Assembly (NCBI GenBank): GCA_963422375.2
Contig: OY729428.2
Span: forward strand, 1,984,001 to 2,048,000
Reading direction: 5' to 3'
Source of the DNA: Bryobacterales bacterium
Lineage (GTDB): Bacteria > Acidobacteriota > Terriglobia > Bryobacterales > UBA6623
Length of the DNA stretch: 64,000 nucleotides
Both the position numbers and the translations under genes were made by a program. How positions within the stretch are numbered: the stretch's first letter is position 1; every line of letters begins with the position of its first letter. Below are positions 20,462-30,857 of this stretch, one piece after another. The notes beneath the pieces were generated by a model. The model was not told the origin of the DNA. It saw only the letters and a list, made by a program, of their open reading frames with translations, and ran no database searches.

Positions 20462-21823
20462 TCAAATCTCCCCGAGCGAGTACTGATCAAGCTGTCGCGC
20501 GAGCGACGGCGACAGTTCCACCGACACGTCGACACCGGCCTCGCCGTCATGCCGTCGCATGACCCGGGCCCGCTCGTACAGCACAGCGAGGCTGCGGCCA
20601 TCCTCGTACGGCAGGCGGTAGCGCCGATGCACGGCCGGCCCCTTGCCGAGAATCTCGTCGATCGCCTCCAGCAGACTGTCCAGTCCCTGGCCCGTCCTTG
20701 CCGACACGCCCACGCAGCCTGCGACCGAGTTGCCGCTTCCGAAGAGCTCCAGATCGACCTGGCGCTCCCAGTCCTCGCCTCCGAGCAGGTCGCACTTGTT
20801 CAGGACCAACAGCTGGGGCTTGTCGCGAGCGCCCAGTTCCGCGAGCACACGATCCACCTCCTCGCGATACGTCGCCCGGCCGGCGGCGGACGCGTCGACG
20901 ACGTGTAGGACCATCGCGGCTTCCGTGAGTTCCTCAAGCGTGGCTCGAAACGCCTGGATCAGAGCCGGGGGCAGGTTGCGGATGAATCCGACGGTATCGG
21001 AGAGCACGGCGAGGCGGTTCGACGGGAGTCTCAGCTTCCGCAATGTAGGATCCAGCGTCGCGAACATGCGCGAGTCGGCCATGACGCTCGCCCGCGTGAG
21101 CGCGTTGAACAACGTCGACTTGCCGGCATTCGTGTACCCGCACAGCGCAACCGTCTGCACCGGCACGGAGGTCCGCTTGGACCTCTGCTGGCGGCGCGTC
21201 GAGCGCACCCTCTCGAGATCCGAGCGGAGCTTGACCATGCGCTTGCGGATCTTGCGGCGGTCGCGTTCTAGCTGCGTCTCGCCTGGGCCCCGCGTCCCGA
21301 TGCCGCCGCCGAGCCGTGACATCGAGGCGCCGCGGCCGGCCAGCCGCGGCAACAGGTAATCCAGCTGGGCCAGTTCGACCTGCAGCTTGCCTTCCCGCGT
21401 GCGGGCATGCCGGGCGAAGATGTCTAGGATGAGCTGCGTGCGGTCCAGGACGGGGCGCTCCAGCTCGCGCTCGAGATTCCTGTGCTGGGACGGCGCGAGG
21501 TCACAGTCGAAGAGGACGAAGTCGCAGCCCTCCTCGGCTGCCCAGGCTTGCAGCTCCCCGACCTTTCCGGCACCGAGCAGCGTTGCCGGAACCGGGCTCT
21601 CGCGCACCTGCACGCAGTGGCCCAGCACCTCCGCGCCCGCGCCCGCCGCCAGGTCCGCAAGCTCGGCGATGGACTCCTGCGCGGTAAACCGCCGGGGCGG
21701 AACGGTCGGCGGGCCTCCCGCCCGTCGAATCTCCAAGCCCGCAAGGATGCAGCGTTCCGGAGTTGCGTCCTCGTCCCGAGGCCGTGCGGCTCGGCGGATA
21801 CCTTGGGTTCTGCCGGACGTCAA
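20462..21823 (-). CDS. hflX: GTPase HflX
   Basis: DRTQLILDIFA, GGGIGTRGPGETQLE, GYTNAGKSTL, FATLDPT, DTVGFI and NKCD motifs. Confidence 0.97.
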   Translation of the reverse strand: MTSGRTQGIRRAARPRDEDATPERCILAGLEIRRAGGPPTVPPRRFTAQESIAELADLAAGAGAEVLGHCVQVRESPVPATLLGAGKVGELQAWAAEEGCDFVLFDCDLAPSQHRNLERELERPVLDRTQLILDIFARHARTREGKLQVELAQLDYLLPRLAGRGASMSRLGGGIGTRGPGETQLERDRRKIRKRMVKLRSDLERVRSTRRQQRSKRTSVPVQTVALCGYTNAGKSTLFNALTRASVMADSRMFATLDPTLRKLRLPSNRLAVLSDTVGFIRNLPPALIQAFRATLEELTEAAMVLHVVDASAAGRATYREEVDRVLAELGARDKPQLLVLNKCDLLGGEDWERQVDLELFGSGNSVAGCVGVSARTGQGLDSLLEAIDEILGKGPAVHRRYRLPYEDGRSLAVLYERARVMRRHDGEAGVDVSVELSPSLARQLDQYSLGEI

Positions 21824-22014
21824 TCTGTGGGATCCTCGAGTCGACGTGTTGCGGACGGCCGCGACGCGACCGAAACTAGGCCCTTAGCATATCAGTGACG
21901 GGGCCACCCCGACGCCGACACCCGCTACGCAGGCGGCCGTACGCCATCGGGGTGAATGCCGTCGGACCGAGGCACTCGTCCGGGCCGCGCTCCGAGCGCC
22001 CGTACCCCGGGAGT

Positions 22015-22135
22015 CAGCCCGGTCCTATGCCGCGGATGCCGACTGGCGGGACTGCCCTTGCAGGCAACCGTATGAACCTACGGCTTGTATTGCCAGCGTC
22101 TACGAGCACAACATATTGGCATTCGTGCTCGGCTG
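22015..22135 (+). ncRNA. Candidate structured intergenic RNA (unassigned)
   Basis: Nested helices pair by eye with several G-U pairs on the + strand (22032-22042 with 22116-22126; 22043-22049 with 22090-22096), enclosing two hairpins. No known family recognised. Confidence 0.25.
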
Positions 22136-22156
22136 CCATTCCTCCCATCAGGAGAG

Positions 22157-22165
22157 TGCTACAAT
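22157..22165 (+). promoter_or_regulatory. Extended -10 promoter (TGcTACAAT), 8 nt upstream of GTG 22174
   Basis: Matches TGnTAnnnT; no Shine-Dalgarno between it and the start codon. Confidence 0.55.
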
Positions 22166-22173
22166 AAGACCCG

Positions 22174-23046
22174 GTGCTGATTCCCTTCGTTCGACAGATC
22201 GGCGCGACGATCCGGAACCTCAATCCCGAGGAGGTCCGTTCCGAAGTTCGCCGTCCGGTCCGGTTCGGCGTCCTCGCCGCCGGAGAGGGCTGCGTTCACG
22301 ATATCCGAGAGCTGCTGCGCCCCCAGGCGACTTCTGTCGGCCGGCACGAGGTTGTCCGCATCGCGAGGGAAGGGGACTTCGACAGGGTCGGCTTCGGATT
22401 CGCCGAGCGCGGCGTGCCTCATCCGCCCCATTTCTACTCGTTCGATTCCAGTGACCCTCGCGCGACAGCCGCGGCCCTGCTGGACGAGCACGAGGACGAC
22501 TGGCTGCCGCTCGCCTGCAACTTCGCCGGCCTGCGCCCGCTGGTGACCGAGAGACTGATCTGGAAGGTGGCGAAGGAGAACGCGTTCTTCACCGTGGCGA
22601 CGTCCCTGCCGAACATCCTGCCGGCCGTCCTGGTGCTGCCGTGGGTAGCTGGCGAGTTCGCCTCCGACACGGCCTTCCTCACGATGAATCAGGTGCGGCT
22701 CTCGTTCCTGCTGGCAGCGGCTCACGGCAACGAGATCGGGTACGACAGGCAGACCCTGAAGATCGGCTCGGTCGTGGGAGCCGCCTTCGGCTGGCGGGCC
22801 CTCGCCCGGCAGGTCGCGTCGAAGGTGCCGGCCGGCGGCGGCCTCGTCTCGAAGGGCCTCATCGCGTTCGCCGGGACCTACGTCGTCGGACGGGGCCTCG
22901 AGCACTGGTTTCGCGAGGGCACCGACATGGACCTGGCCGCGCGGAGGGAGCACCTGGCGGAGGCCTACCAGCGGGGCAGGTCCGCTGTCGAGAGCATCGT
23001 CCACGGAGCGCTGTCGGTCTCGCGGGCCGCCGAGGGACGCGCCTAG
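22174..23046 (+). CDS. Conserved hypothetical membrane-associated protein (DUF697-like C-terminus)
   Basis: 290 aa with genome-like codon use; DTAFLTMNQVRL and AFGWRALARQ..SKVP..GG resemble EcsC/DUF697-like proteins. Confidence 0.65.
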   Translation: MLIPFVRQIGATIRNLNPEEVRSEVRRPVRFGVLAAGEGCVHDIRELLRPQATSVGRHEVVRIAREGDFDRVGFGFAERGVPHPPHFYSFDSSDPRATAAALLDEHEDDWLPLACNFAGLRPLVTERLIWKVAKENAFFTVATSLPNILPAVLVLPWVAGEFASDTAFLTMNQVRLSFLLAAAHGNEIGYDRQTLKIGSVVGAAFGWRALARQVASKVPAGGGLVSKGLIAFAGTYVVGRGLEHWFREGTDMDLAARREHLAEAYQRGRSAVESIVHGALSVSRAAEGRA

Positions 23047-23112
23047 CGTCCGGTGCAGCGGGTCCGGCCGCTCGCGCGGAGTCTCCCGCGCTCCGCGATA
23101 CGCTCGGAGGTG

Positions 23113-23658
23113 GTGCGGGTCATCGGGGGCATTTACCGGCGCAGGCGTCTCTCCGCGCTGCCCGGCACAAGCACGCGACCGATGCTCGGCCGCATGCGAG
23201 AGACGCTCTTCGACATTCTGCAAGGGCAGGTCGAGGGCAGGGTATTTGCCGACCTGTATGCGGGCACCGGCGCGGTCGGCATAGAGGCCCTCAGCCGGGG
23301 GGCCCGGTGCGCCGTCTTTGTCGAGTCGAACGCGAGAGCGGCCATGGTGATCCGGCGCAACTTGGAAGCGCTGGGCGCGCAGGACCGTGCAGAGATCCGG
23401 GTCGCAGCGGTGCGGGAGGCGGTCCGCGGAGTCGGCGCGGACATCTACTTTCTCGGGCCCCCGTACGCGGCCCGGCGCGAATACGCGGAAACACTGGAGC
23501 TGCTTTCGGAGCGGTCGGCCGAGTGGGTGATCGCCCAGCACGGCGGTCTGGTGGAGCTCGCGGAGAGCTACGGCTCCCTTGCCAAGGTCCGGGTAGTCAG
23601 GATCGGAGGCCATCGCCTCGCGCTCTTCCGCCATGCCCTTGGCGGCAATGATGGCTGA
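23113..23658 (+). CDS. rsmD: 16S rRNA (guanine(966)-N2)-methyltransferase
   Basis: RVIGG.YRRRRL, TRP...RMRETLF, DLYAGTGAVGIEALSRGA; xPPY motif present as GPPY. Confidence 0.9.
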   Translation: MRVIGGIYRRRRLSALPGTSTRPMLGRMRETLFDILQGQVEGRVFADLYAGTGAVGIEALSRGARCAVFVESNARAAMVIRRNLEALGAQDRAEIRVAAVREAVRGVGADIYFLGPPYAARREYAETLELLSERSAEWVIAQHGGLVELAESYGSLAKVRVVRIGGHRLALFRHALGGNDG

Positions 23659-23674
23659 CCGCCCTGCCGCGCCG

Positions 23675-25003
23675 TCAGCGACCGTCGCTCAAGAGCGTTC
23701 GCGCGACCTCCTCGATCTGGTCGAAGACCCAGTCGATCTGCCGGTCGCTGATCACGTAGGGCGGCATGAAGTACACCAAGTCGCCGTAGGGCCGCAGCAG
23801 CAGGTCGCGCTTGAGAAACTCGGCCCCCATGCGCGGGCCCAATGCCGAGAGGTAGCCCTCGCCGCCGGTCTCGAACTCCACGATCGCCACGTCGCCGATG
23901 TGGCGGACGTCCCGAACGTAGTCGAGCTCCGCGAAGGCCTCCAGCCGCGACCGCATCCTCGCCTCAATCTCCTGAATCCTGCCGAGCACGCCGTCCTGCT
24001 CGAAGATGTCCAGCCCCGCGAGGGCGGCGGCGCAGCCGAGCGGGTTGGCGGTGAAGGAGTGCCCGTGGAAGAACGTCTTGCGACGATCGTCGCTGAGGAA
24101 GGCGTCGTACACCCGCTCGGACGCAACCGTGACCGCCAGCGGCAGGTAACCGCAGGTGAGACCCTTGGAAAGGCAGATCAGGTCCGGCTCGACCGGGCCG
24201 TGCTCGCAGGCGAACATCGGGCCGGTCCGTCCGAACCCGGTCATGACCTCGTCGGCGATCAGCAGCAGCCCAAACTCGTCGCAGAGCGCCCTCAGGTGCC
24301 GCAGGAACTCCGGCTTCCACACGCGCATTCCGCCGGCCGCCTGCAGCATCGGCTCGATGATCACGGCGGCGATGTCCGCGGCGCGGCGCTCCAGCAGTGC
24401 GCGGATGTCCGTCAGTTCCCCGGTCGCGCTGCCGTCGCGCTCCGGAACCATCGACGCGAGGTAGTCGGAAGGGACCCGAGCCCGCTCCACGCGGAATAGC
24501 AGCGGCGCGTAGCTGGCGGTGAACAGGGAGCCGTGACTGGCGGACATCGCTCCCACCGTGTCGCCGTGGTAGGCGTGTTCGAGCGCCAGGAACGTGCGCC
24601 GGCGGTCCTCGCCCCGGTTCGTCCAGTACTGGTAGGCCATCTTCAGAGCGACTTCGACCGCCGTCGAGCCGTTGTCGGAGTAGAAGACGCGGCCGGGACT
24701 CACCGGCAGCCGCTCGAGCAGCCGCTCGGCCAGCTCGACAGCCGGCGGGTGCGTGCAGCCAGCGAACATCACGTGCTCGAGACGGCTCGCCTGGGCCGCG
24801 ATGGCCCTGCCGACTCGGGGATTGCAGTGCCCGTGGACATTGACCCACCACGACGAGATGCCGTCGAGGACGCGCCTTCCGTCCTCCGTGACTAGGAACG
24901 GGCCGTCCCCCGCAACCACCGGCAGAGGGTCGGGAGCGGTCTTCATCTGGGTGAACGGATGCCAGATGCAGGACCGGTCCCTTGCGGCCAACGAAGGCAT
25001 CAT
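23675..25003 (-). CDS. bioA: Adenosylmethionine-8-amino-7-oxononanoate aminotransferase
   Basis: IWHPFTQ, DGISSWWVNVHGH, DNGSTAVEVALK, DEVMTGFGRTG, SKGLTCGY and HGHSFTANP motifs. Confidence 0.97.
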   Translation of the reverse strand: MMPSLAARDRSCIWHPFTQMKTAPDPLPVVAGDGPFLVTEDGRRVLDGISSWWVNVHGHCNPRVGRAIAAQASRLEHVMFAGCTHPPAVELAERLLERLPVSPGRVFYSDNGSTAVEVALKMAYQYWTNRGEDRRRTFLALEHAYHGDTVGAMSASHGSLFTASYAPLLFRVERARVPSDYLASMVPERDGSATGELTDIRALLERRAADIAAVIIEPMLQAAGGMRVWKPEFLRHLRALCDEFGLLLIADEVMTGFGRTGPMFACEHGPVEPDLICLSKGLTCGYLPLAVTVASERVYDAFLSDDRRKTFFHGHSFTANPLGCAAALAGLDIFEQDGVLGRIQEIEARMRSRLEAFAELDYVRDVRHIGDVAIVEFETGGEGYLSALGPRMGAEFLKRDLLLRPYGDLVYFMPPYVISDRQIDWVFDQIEEVARTLLSDGR

Positions 25004-25096
25004 GTTAGGTTAGCCGAGCGCCAGCGCCGACCGGCTGCTGCCGGGGGCTGCTGGGGCGTCCTTCGGGGCGCCGCCCGGCGGGCGGCATGGAAACCG

Positions 25097-26350
25097 ATGC
25101 CACGTCTCAAGGCCCTTCTTGCGCTAGCTCTCGCCTATCCGGTGTGGGGCGCCGATATCTCCGTGCTGCGGGAGCGGGTGGACCGGCTCCTGCCGGTCGC
25201 GATGGAGACCCACGGGATCGACCTGTGGCTCGTGTTCACCAGGGAGGAGTCCCGGGACCCGCTCGCCGCGGATCTGGCCGGAGGCGACGCGGTGGCCCGC
25301 ATGGCGCTCTTGTTCGATCGTGCGAAGGGCCGGTTCCGCAAGACGGCGATCGCGGCCAGCTACGACGTCACGCCGCTGGAGGAATCCGGCATCTACGACG
25401 AGGTGATCGGCTACAAGCGCGAGGGCATCAAGCCTCACCTCAGAAGGTTCGCAGACGACCTCGACCCGGCCCGCATCGCGGTTAACACGTCGCGCGACAT
25501 GCCGATCGCCGACGGCCTGACGGCGGGGATGAGGGCCTACCTCGAGGAGGTCCTCGGACAGGACTTCGCCGACCGCTTCGTTTCGTCCGAACCGCTGGTA
25601 GCCTCGTTTCGCGGCCGTCGCCTGAAGGGCGAGGTCGAGACGCTGCGGGAGGCCGCCCGACACACCGACGCCATGATGCGCGATGCGCTCTCGCGGCTGG
25701 CGATCAACCCCGGGGTGACCACGGAACGCGACGTCGGAGAGTACCTGCGGAGCCGCACTGCAATGGTCGGCGCAACCGTCCCTTTCATCAGCGTCGTGAC
25801 CGGGCCCTCCCGCGGCCACGCCGAGCCGAGCGACCGTCTGATCGAGCGCGGCGACTTGGTCCGGATCGATTTCGGCATTACGCTGCGGGGGTATTCTACG
25901 GACCTTCAGCGCACCGCGTACGTCCTGCGGATCGGGGAGACGGAGCCTCCGGAGCAGATCCGCAAGATGTGGGACGTCACGCGGCGGGCGGCGGACCGCC
26001 AGATCGAGGCCATGAAGCCGGGAGTCAGCGGGACGGAGATCGACGCGATCGCCCGCAAGACGCTGGAGGACGCCGGATACGAAGGGCCGCCGCACGGGAC
26101 CGGCCACGCGATCGGGTTCGTCGTCCACGACGTGGGCCCGCTGCTGGGCCCGGACTGGCCCGAGCGCTACGGCACCACCGTCTTCCTCAAGTTGGAGGAG
26201 GGGCAGACCTTCGCGGTCGAGCCGATTCTCTACGCCGACTACGGGGACGTTGGGGAGATCCACATCGGCTTGGAGGAAGACGTGGTGATTACCTCCCGAG
26301 GTGCCCGGCCGCTGCACGAGCCCCAGAGGAACCTCATCCTCATCAAGTAG
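25097..26350 (+). CDS. M24 family (Xaa-Pro) peptidase, secreted
   Basis: Signal peptide; IDFG...YSTD, HGTGHAIG..VHD, FAVEP and LEEDVVIT metal-ligand motifs. Confidence 0.9.
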   Translation: MPRLKALLALALAYPVWGADISVLRERVDRLLPVAMETHGIDLWLVFTREESRDPLAADLAGGDAVARMALLFDRAKGRFRKTAIAASYDVTPLEESGIYDEVIGYKREGIKPHLRRFADDLDPARIAVNTSRDMPIADGLTAGMRAYLEEVLGQDFADRFVSSEPLVASFRGRRLKGEVETLREAARHTDAMMRDALSRLAINPGVTTERDVGEYLRSRTAMVGATVPFISVVTGPSRGHAEPSDRLIERGDLVRIDFGITLRGYSTDLQRTAYVLRIGETEPPEQIRKMWDVTRRAADRQIEAMKPGVSGTEIDAIARKTLEDAGYEGPPHGTGHAIGFVVHDVGPLLGPDWPERYGTTVFLKLEEGQTFAVEPILYADYGDVGEIHIGLEEDVVITSRGARPLHEPQRNLILIK

Positions 26351-26386
26351 GGGCACGCTGCGAGGGGCTCTCCCGGGGCCCGGCGC

Positions 26387-27772
26387 CTACGGATTCTGCA
26401 CTTCCTTGGTCAAGTCCTGTAGCGCCTTCTTCGCGTCGGCGAAGAGCATCAGCGTCTTGTCGTGAGCGAACAGCGGGTTCGGAATCCCGGCGAAACCGGG
26501 ACTCAGGCTGCGTTTGACCACGACCACCACCTGGGATTTGTCGACTTCGAGGATGGGCATCCCGTAGATCGGGCTGCCGGGCTCGTCGCGGGCGGACGGG
26601 TTGACCACGTCGTTGGCTCCGAGGATGACCGTCACGTCGCTCTCGGCGAAGAGAGGGTTGATCGAGTCCATGTCGTACAGCCGGTCGTAGGGCACGTCGG
26701 CCTCCGCCAGCAGCACGTTCATGTGGCCGGGCATCCTGCCGGCGACGGGATGGATGGCGTAGCGGACCTCCGCGCCGCGCGACTCGAGCAGGCTGGCGAA
26801 GTCGCGCACGGCATGCTGGGCCTGGGCCACGGCCATCCCGTACCCCGGCACGACGGTGACGATGCGGGCCCCGTCGAAGAGCAGCGCCGCTTCCTCGGCT
26901 CCGGCGCTCTTGACGCGCCCGGAATAGATGTCCTCCTCCGGGCCGCTGGCGGCGGCCGCGCCCAAGTCCCCGCGCAGCACGTCCCACAGCGACCGGTTCA
27001 TCGCCTTGCACATGATTTGCGTCAGGATGAAGCCCGAGGCTCCGACCAGCGAGCCCGCAATGATCAGGACGTTGTTGCCGAGCACGAAGCCCGTGGCGGC
27101 GGCCGCTAGGCCGGAGCACGAATTCAACAGCGCGATCACCACAGGCATGTCGGCGCCGCCGACGGCGACGGTCAGCAGCAGGCCGTACACCAGCGCCGCC
27201 GCGCACAGCCCCGCGAACGCCCAGAGGAGGTCGCTGTCGAGCACGTACAGCGCCCCTAGGGCGACGCCCGCGAGCGCCGAGCCGGATCCGAGAATCTGGA
27301 TTCCCAGGCCGCGCGGCTGCAAGCGGAGGACGCCCTGGAGCTTCGCCCACGCGACGAGGCTGCCGCTGAGCGTGGCGGATCCGATGAACGCCGAAAGCGC
27401 GACGGAGACGTGCAGCTGGATCGCGGGAACGGTGGCCGAGGCCTGCGGCATGAACGCGGCCGCCGCCGCGACCAGCGCTGACGCCCCGCCGCCGAAGCCG
27501 TTGAATGCCGCCACAAGCTGCGGCATGTCGGTCATCTGCACCTTCACGGCCCAGACGACACCGATCGCGGTTCCGAGGGCGAGCCCGAGAGCGATCACCT
27601 CGAAGCTGACGACTTGCCGGTCCACCAAGGTCGCCAGCACCGCAGCGAGCATGCCGAAGGCGCCGAGCAGGTTGCCCCGCACGGCGGTGCGCGGCGACGT
27701 CAGACCCTTGAGTCCGAGTATGAACAGCACCGCGGCCGCTAGGTAGGCCGCGTTGATCCAGTTCGCGTTCAT
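26387..27772 (-). CDS. pntB: NAD(P) transhydrogenase subunit beta
   Basis: MPQLVA.FNGFGG, GGADMPVVI, PGYGMAVAQAQ, HPVAGRMPGHMNVLLAEA and GANDVVNP motifs. Confidence 0.98.
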   Translation of the reverse strand: MNANWINAAYLAAAVLFILGLKGLTSPRTAVRGNLLGAFGMLAAVLATLVDRQVVSFEVIALGLALGTAIGVVWAVKVQMTDMPQLVAAFNGFGGGASALVAAAAAFMPQASATVPAIQLHVSVALSAFIGSATLSGSLVAWAKLQGVLRLQPRGLGIQILGSGSALAGVALGALYVLDSDLLWAFAGLCAAALVYGLLLTVAVGGADMPVVIALLNSCSGLAAAATGFVLGNNVLIIAGSLVGASGFILTQIMCKAMNRSLWDVLRGDLGAAAASGPEEDIYSGRVKSAGAEEAALLFDGARIVTVVPGYGMAVAQAQHAVRDFASLLESRGAEVRYAIHPVAGRMPGHMNVLLAEADVPYDRLYDMDSINPLFAESDVTVILGANDVVNPSARDEPGSPIYGMPILEVDKSQVVVVVKRSLSPGFAGIPNPLFAHDKTLMLFADAKKALQDLTKEVQNP

Positions 27773-28062
27773 GGTCGGCCCTGCTTCTTGCGCCGGAACA
27801 TGGCCAGCATGCGGTTGGTGATCAGAAAGCCGCCCACGACATTCACTGTCGCGAGGACGACAGCGCCGCAGCCGAGGTACTTGGCGGCGTCGCTCTCCCC
27901 GGCTCCGGCCGCGACCAGCGCCCCGACAATCGTGATCCCGGAGATGGCATTGGACCCCGACATCAGGGGAGTGTGCAGGGTGGACGGGATCTTGGTGATG
28001 ATTTCGAACCCGACGAACACGGCGAGGGCGAACACAGTGATCGAGACAAGGAAGGCTTCCAT
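27769..28062 (-). CDS. pntAB: NAD(P) transhydrogenase alpha subunit, membrane part (alpha2)
   Basis: MEAFLVSITVF...LHTPLMSGSNAISG...NVVGGF; 97 aa; stop overlaps pntB start. Confidence 0.95.
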   Translation of the reverse strand: MEAFLVSITVFALAVFVGFEIITKIPSTLHTPLMSGSNAISGITIVGALVAAGAGESDAAKYLGCGAVVLATVNVVGGFLITNRMLAMFRRKKQGRP

Positions 28063-28073
28063 CGGGCGCTCCG

Positions 28074-29219
28074 CTACGCCGGCCTGCCGAGAGCGTCCAG
28101 CGCGCTCTTGACTTGGGGGTGAACGACCGCCCCTCCGCTCGCGACCAGAGCGCCGCGCACGACCTCGTCCTCGAGATCGATCAGCAGCTCCCCGTTGTCG
28201 ATGAGCAGGGAGGCCAGGTTCAGCATGTTCTTCGAGTACATCTGGCTGGCGTGAGCAGGGACCGTCGAGGGGAGGTTGACCGGGCCGTCGACTGTCACGC
28301 CGTCGCGCACGACGACCTCGCCAGGCACCGTCAGGGCGCAGTTCCCGCCGCGCTCGGCCGCCAAATCGACGATCACCGTGCCCGGCCTGAGGCGGTCGGT
28401 GATCTCCCGGGGCAATAGCATCGGTGCCTTGCGGCCCGGGACCGCTGCCGTCGTGACGATCACGTCCACGGCGGAGAGATGCTGCCCCAATGCCTCCTGC
28501 TGCCGGCGGTAGTACTCCTTGGATTGCTCGGCGGCGTACCCGCCGCTTCCGGTTGCGCGCTCCATGCCCACGTCGAGTTCCACGAAGGAAGCCCCGAGGC
28601 TCTCCACCTGCTCCTTGACCTCCGGCCGGATATCGTACCCTTCCACCCGAGCGCCTAGGCGTCGCGCCGTCGCGATGGCCTGCAGGCCAGCGACCCCGGC
28701 GCCGATGACGAGCACGCGAGCGGGGGTGAGGGTTCCGGCCGCGGTCATCATCAGGGGAAACAGGCACGGCGCGTGCTCGGCCGCGCGCAGCACCGCCTTG
28801 TAGCCGGCGATCATCGCCATGGAACTCAGGGCGTCCATCGCTTGCGCGCGAGTGATGCGCGGGATCAGCTCGGCCGACAGCAGCGCGATGCCGCGGCTCG
28901 CCAGCGCGCCCATCCCAGCGGGATCGTCCATCGGGGCGATGAAGCCGACGAGGGCGGCGGACGGCTTGAGACGCTCGGCGTCGGCGAGCGCGAGGCCGTT
29001 GACCGTGATGACCAAGTCCGCACCGTCGAGCGCCATGCCGCGGCTCGATACCGCGGCCCCGGCCGCCGCGTAGCCGGCGTCCGGAATGTAGGCTGCGGAT
29101 CCCGCGCCTTCCTCGACGACGACTTCCGCGCCCTGCTTACGCAACGCCGCCGCATCCTTCGGGACAAGCGCTACTCGCCGCTCGCCGTGGCGAGACTCTG
29201 TGGGTACGGCAACCTTCAT
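28074..29219 (-). CDS. pntAA: NAD(P) transhydrogenase alpha subunit, NAD-binding part (alpha1)
   Basis: ERRVALVP, PRITRAQAMDALSS, GAGVAGLQA and DLAAERGGNC motifs. Confidence 0.97.
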   Translation of the reverse strand: MKVAVPTESRHGERRVALVPKDAAALRKQGAEVVVEEGAGSAAYIPDAGYAAAGAAVSSRGMALDGADLVITVNGLALADAERLKPSAALVGFIAPMDDPAGMGALASRGIALLSAELIPRITRAQAMDALSSMAMIAGYKAVLRAAEHAPCLFPLMMTAAGTLTPARVLVIGAGVAGLQAIATARRLGARVEGYDIRPEVKEQVESLGASFVELDVGMERATGSGGYAAEQSKEYYRRQQEALGQHLSAVDVIVTTAAVPGRKAPMLLPREITDRLRPGTVIVDLAAERGGNCALTVPGEVVVRDGVTVDGPVNLPSTVPAHASQMYSKNMLNLASLLIDNGELLIDLEDEVVRGALVASGGAVVHPQVKSALDALGRPA

Positions 29220-29659
29220 CGGGATTCCCGCGCTTCGCGCGGGCCTTGCGCCCGGACAGGACCTGAATTCAGTTTGGCAAACGTCCGGGCCGGGTGTCGA
29301 CCGACTCCTGATGAATGGTTTCTATCGGGCCCATTCACGGAATTGCTGAGACCCCTCTGAACCAAGAATTTTCGACAATGTCTCCGTATGAATTCGTCAG
29401 ATTACCATTCGTTCTGCGTTCGATCGCTCTGCGCATCGTTCGCGACGCCTTGCGATCGCCGCCTCCTTCCGGCAGGCGCGAGAGACGGCTCCCGCCGCGC
29501 CCGTCGCTAGGCTTGGTGCGCAACGGTCTCCAACGGACTCGTGGCGCGGGGCCGCTCGAATCGGGCTGGCGCGGAGGCCCTATTCCCGGACCCATTTCTG
29601 AATCAGTGGCGGCCCGCCTCGGGGGGCGCGGGTCAGGCCGGCGAACAGCTTCCCGCGCC

Positions 29660-30430
29660 GTCCGCACCCAGCCGTTCTGGCTCCGTGCCGTCGACGAGTG
29701 CCAAGAGAGAGCCGTTCGTTGCGCTCCCGACCCGGATGCCGTTCTTCCAGCACGGGTCGCGCACGGCCCCTGCGATGCGCTTGCCGGGTCCGACACGTAA
29801 CGCATGTCGTCGGCAGCTACCGCAATCCCGCTCCGCCTTCCGAAGCGCCTCCGATGGTCCACCAAGCGCAGCTCCCTGTCGAAGACCTGTTCCCGATCGT
29901 CGTCCCGGTCAGCCACGAAGAGTCGGTCGCGCGAGTCGAATGCCAGCGCGCGAGGATCATCGCGGTCCTCGTGGCCCGAACATGCGCGGCCCCGCGAGTC
30001 GACGCAACGCCCGTCAGCGGTCAAGCGGACGATTCGGTCGCAGTCCTGCTGGCTCGCGGACGGGCGCGGGAAATGTCCGTCTGCACCGAAGATGTCGCCG
30101 CTCTAGCCCGTCGCGCCGGCGGTCGGAGCGACGAATCTATCCCGGCCTGCCCGCGAGGTGCCGGCCATTGCCAGCGCAAGCAGCAGCTCGCCCTGCGGGC
30201 TGAGCTTGAAGAACTGGTAGCCTCTCCGGCCAGCGGCGGGTCGTTCCTGAACGGTCCGCTGTCGTCGGTCTCGAAGCTGCCGTCGCGGTCCATGCAGAAT
30301 CCATGCATGTGGGCGAACCTCCCCTCGCCGAAAGCCTCAAGGCACAACCCGCGGAATCGAGCTTGACGAATGGCGGCTCGGATTGATGGAGGAGCCAGTC
30401 GGCCCCGAGTCCGTCCGGGACGATCCCGAC
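29660..30430 (-). pseudogene. NHL-repeat (PAL-like) beta-propeller protein relic
   Basis: Fragments in different frames: FGEGRFAHMHGFCMDRDG; PRALAFDSRDRLFVADRDDDREQVFD; FGRRSGIAVAADDMRYVSD. Boundaries approximate. Confidence 0.65.
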
Positions 30431-30857
30431 CGCGGCGCCTCTATGCGCGCCAGCCGGCAGCTCGCACCAATCGGCGTCCCTGCGATACGGAATTGTTCTT
30501 GGCGTTCGGGGCAGGCTGGCCGACCGCGCACCGAATCGCGCCGGAGAGCATCGTGCCGCCGATTGCTTCCGCGATTCGCCGGTGTGGGAATGCTGTCATC
30601 GGTCTCTCCGGCGCGGCGCGGCAGACGCGAGGCGCTTGCATCGCACCGGAACTCAACGGACTGGCGGAGGGGCCCTGCCCATGTCGGAAGGGTCGGGGCC
30701 TGGGGGCTAGACCACTCGCGGATGCCGTGGATCGCGGCGTTCGCGAGGACGTGCTACCCTGTGCCCGGCGGTCGCGGCCAGACATCCCGTGGCGCGACCG
30801 CTGTCTCGATTCGCAGAAGGTAGCACCGGCATATTGGATCGCCGCCGCTAGGAGGAC

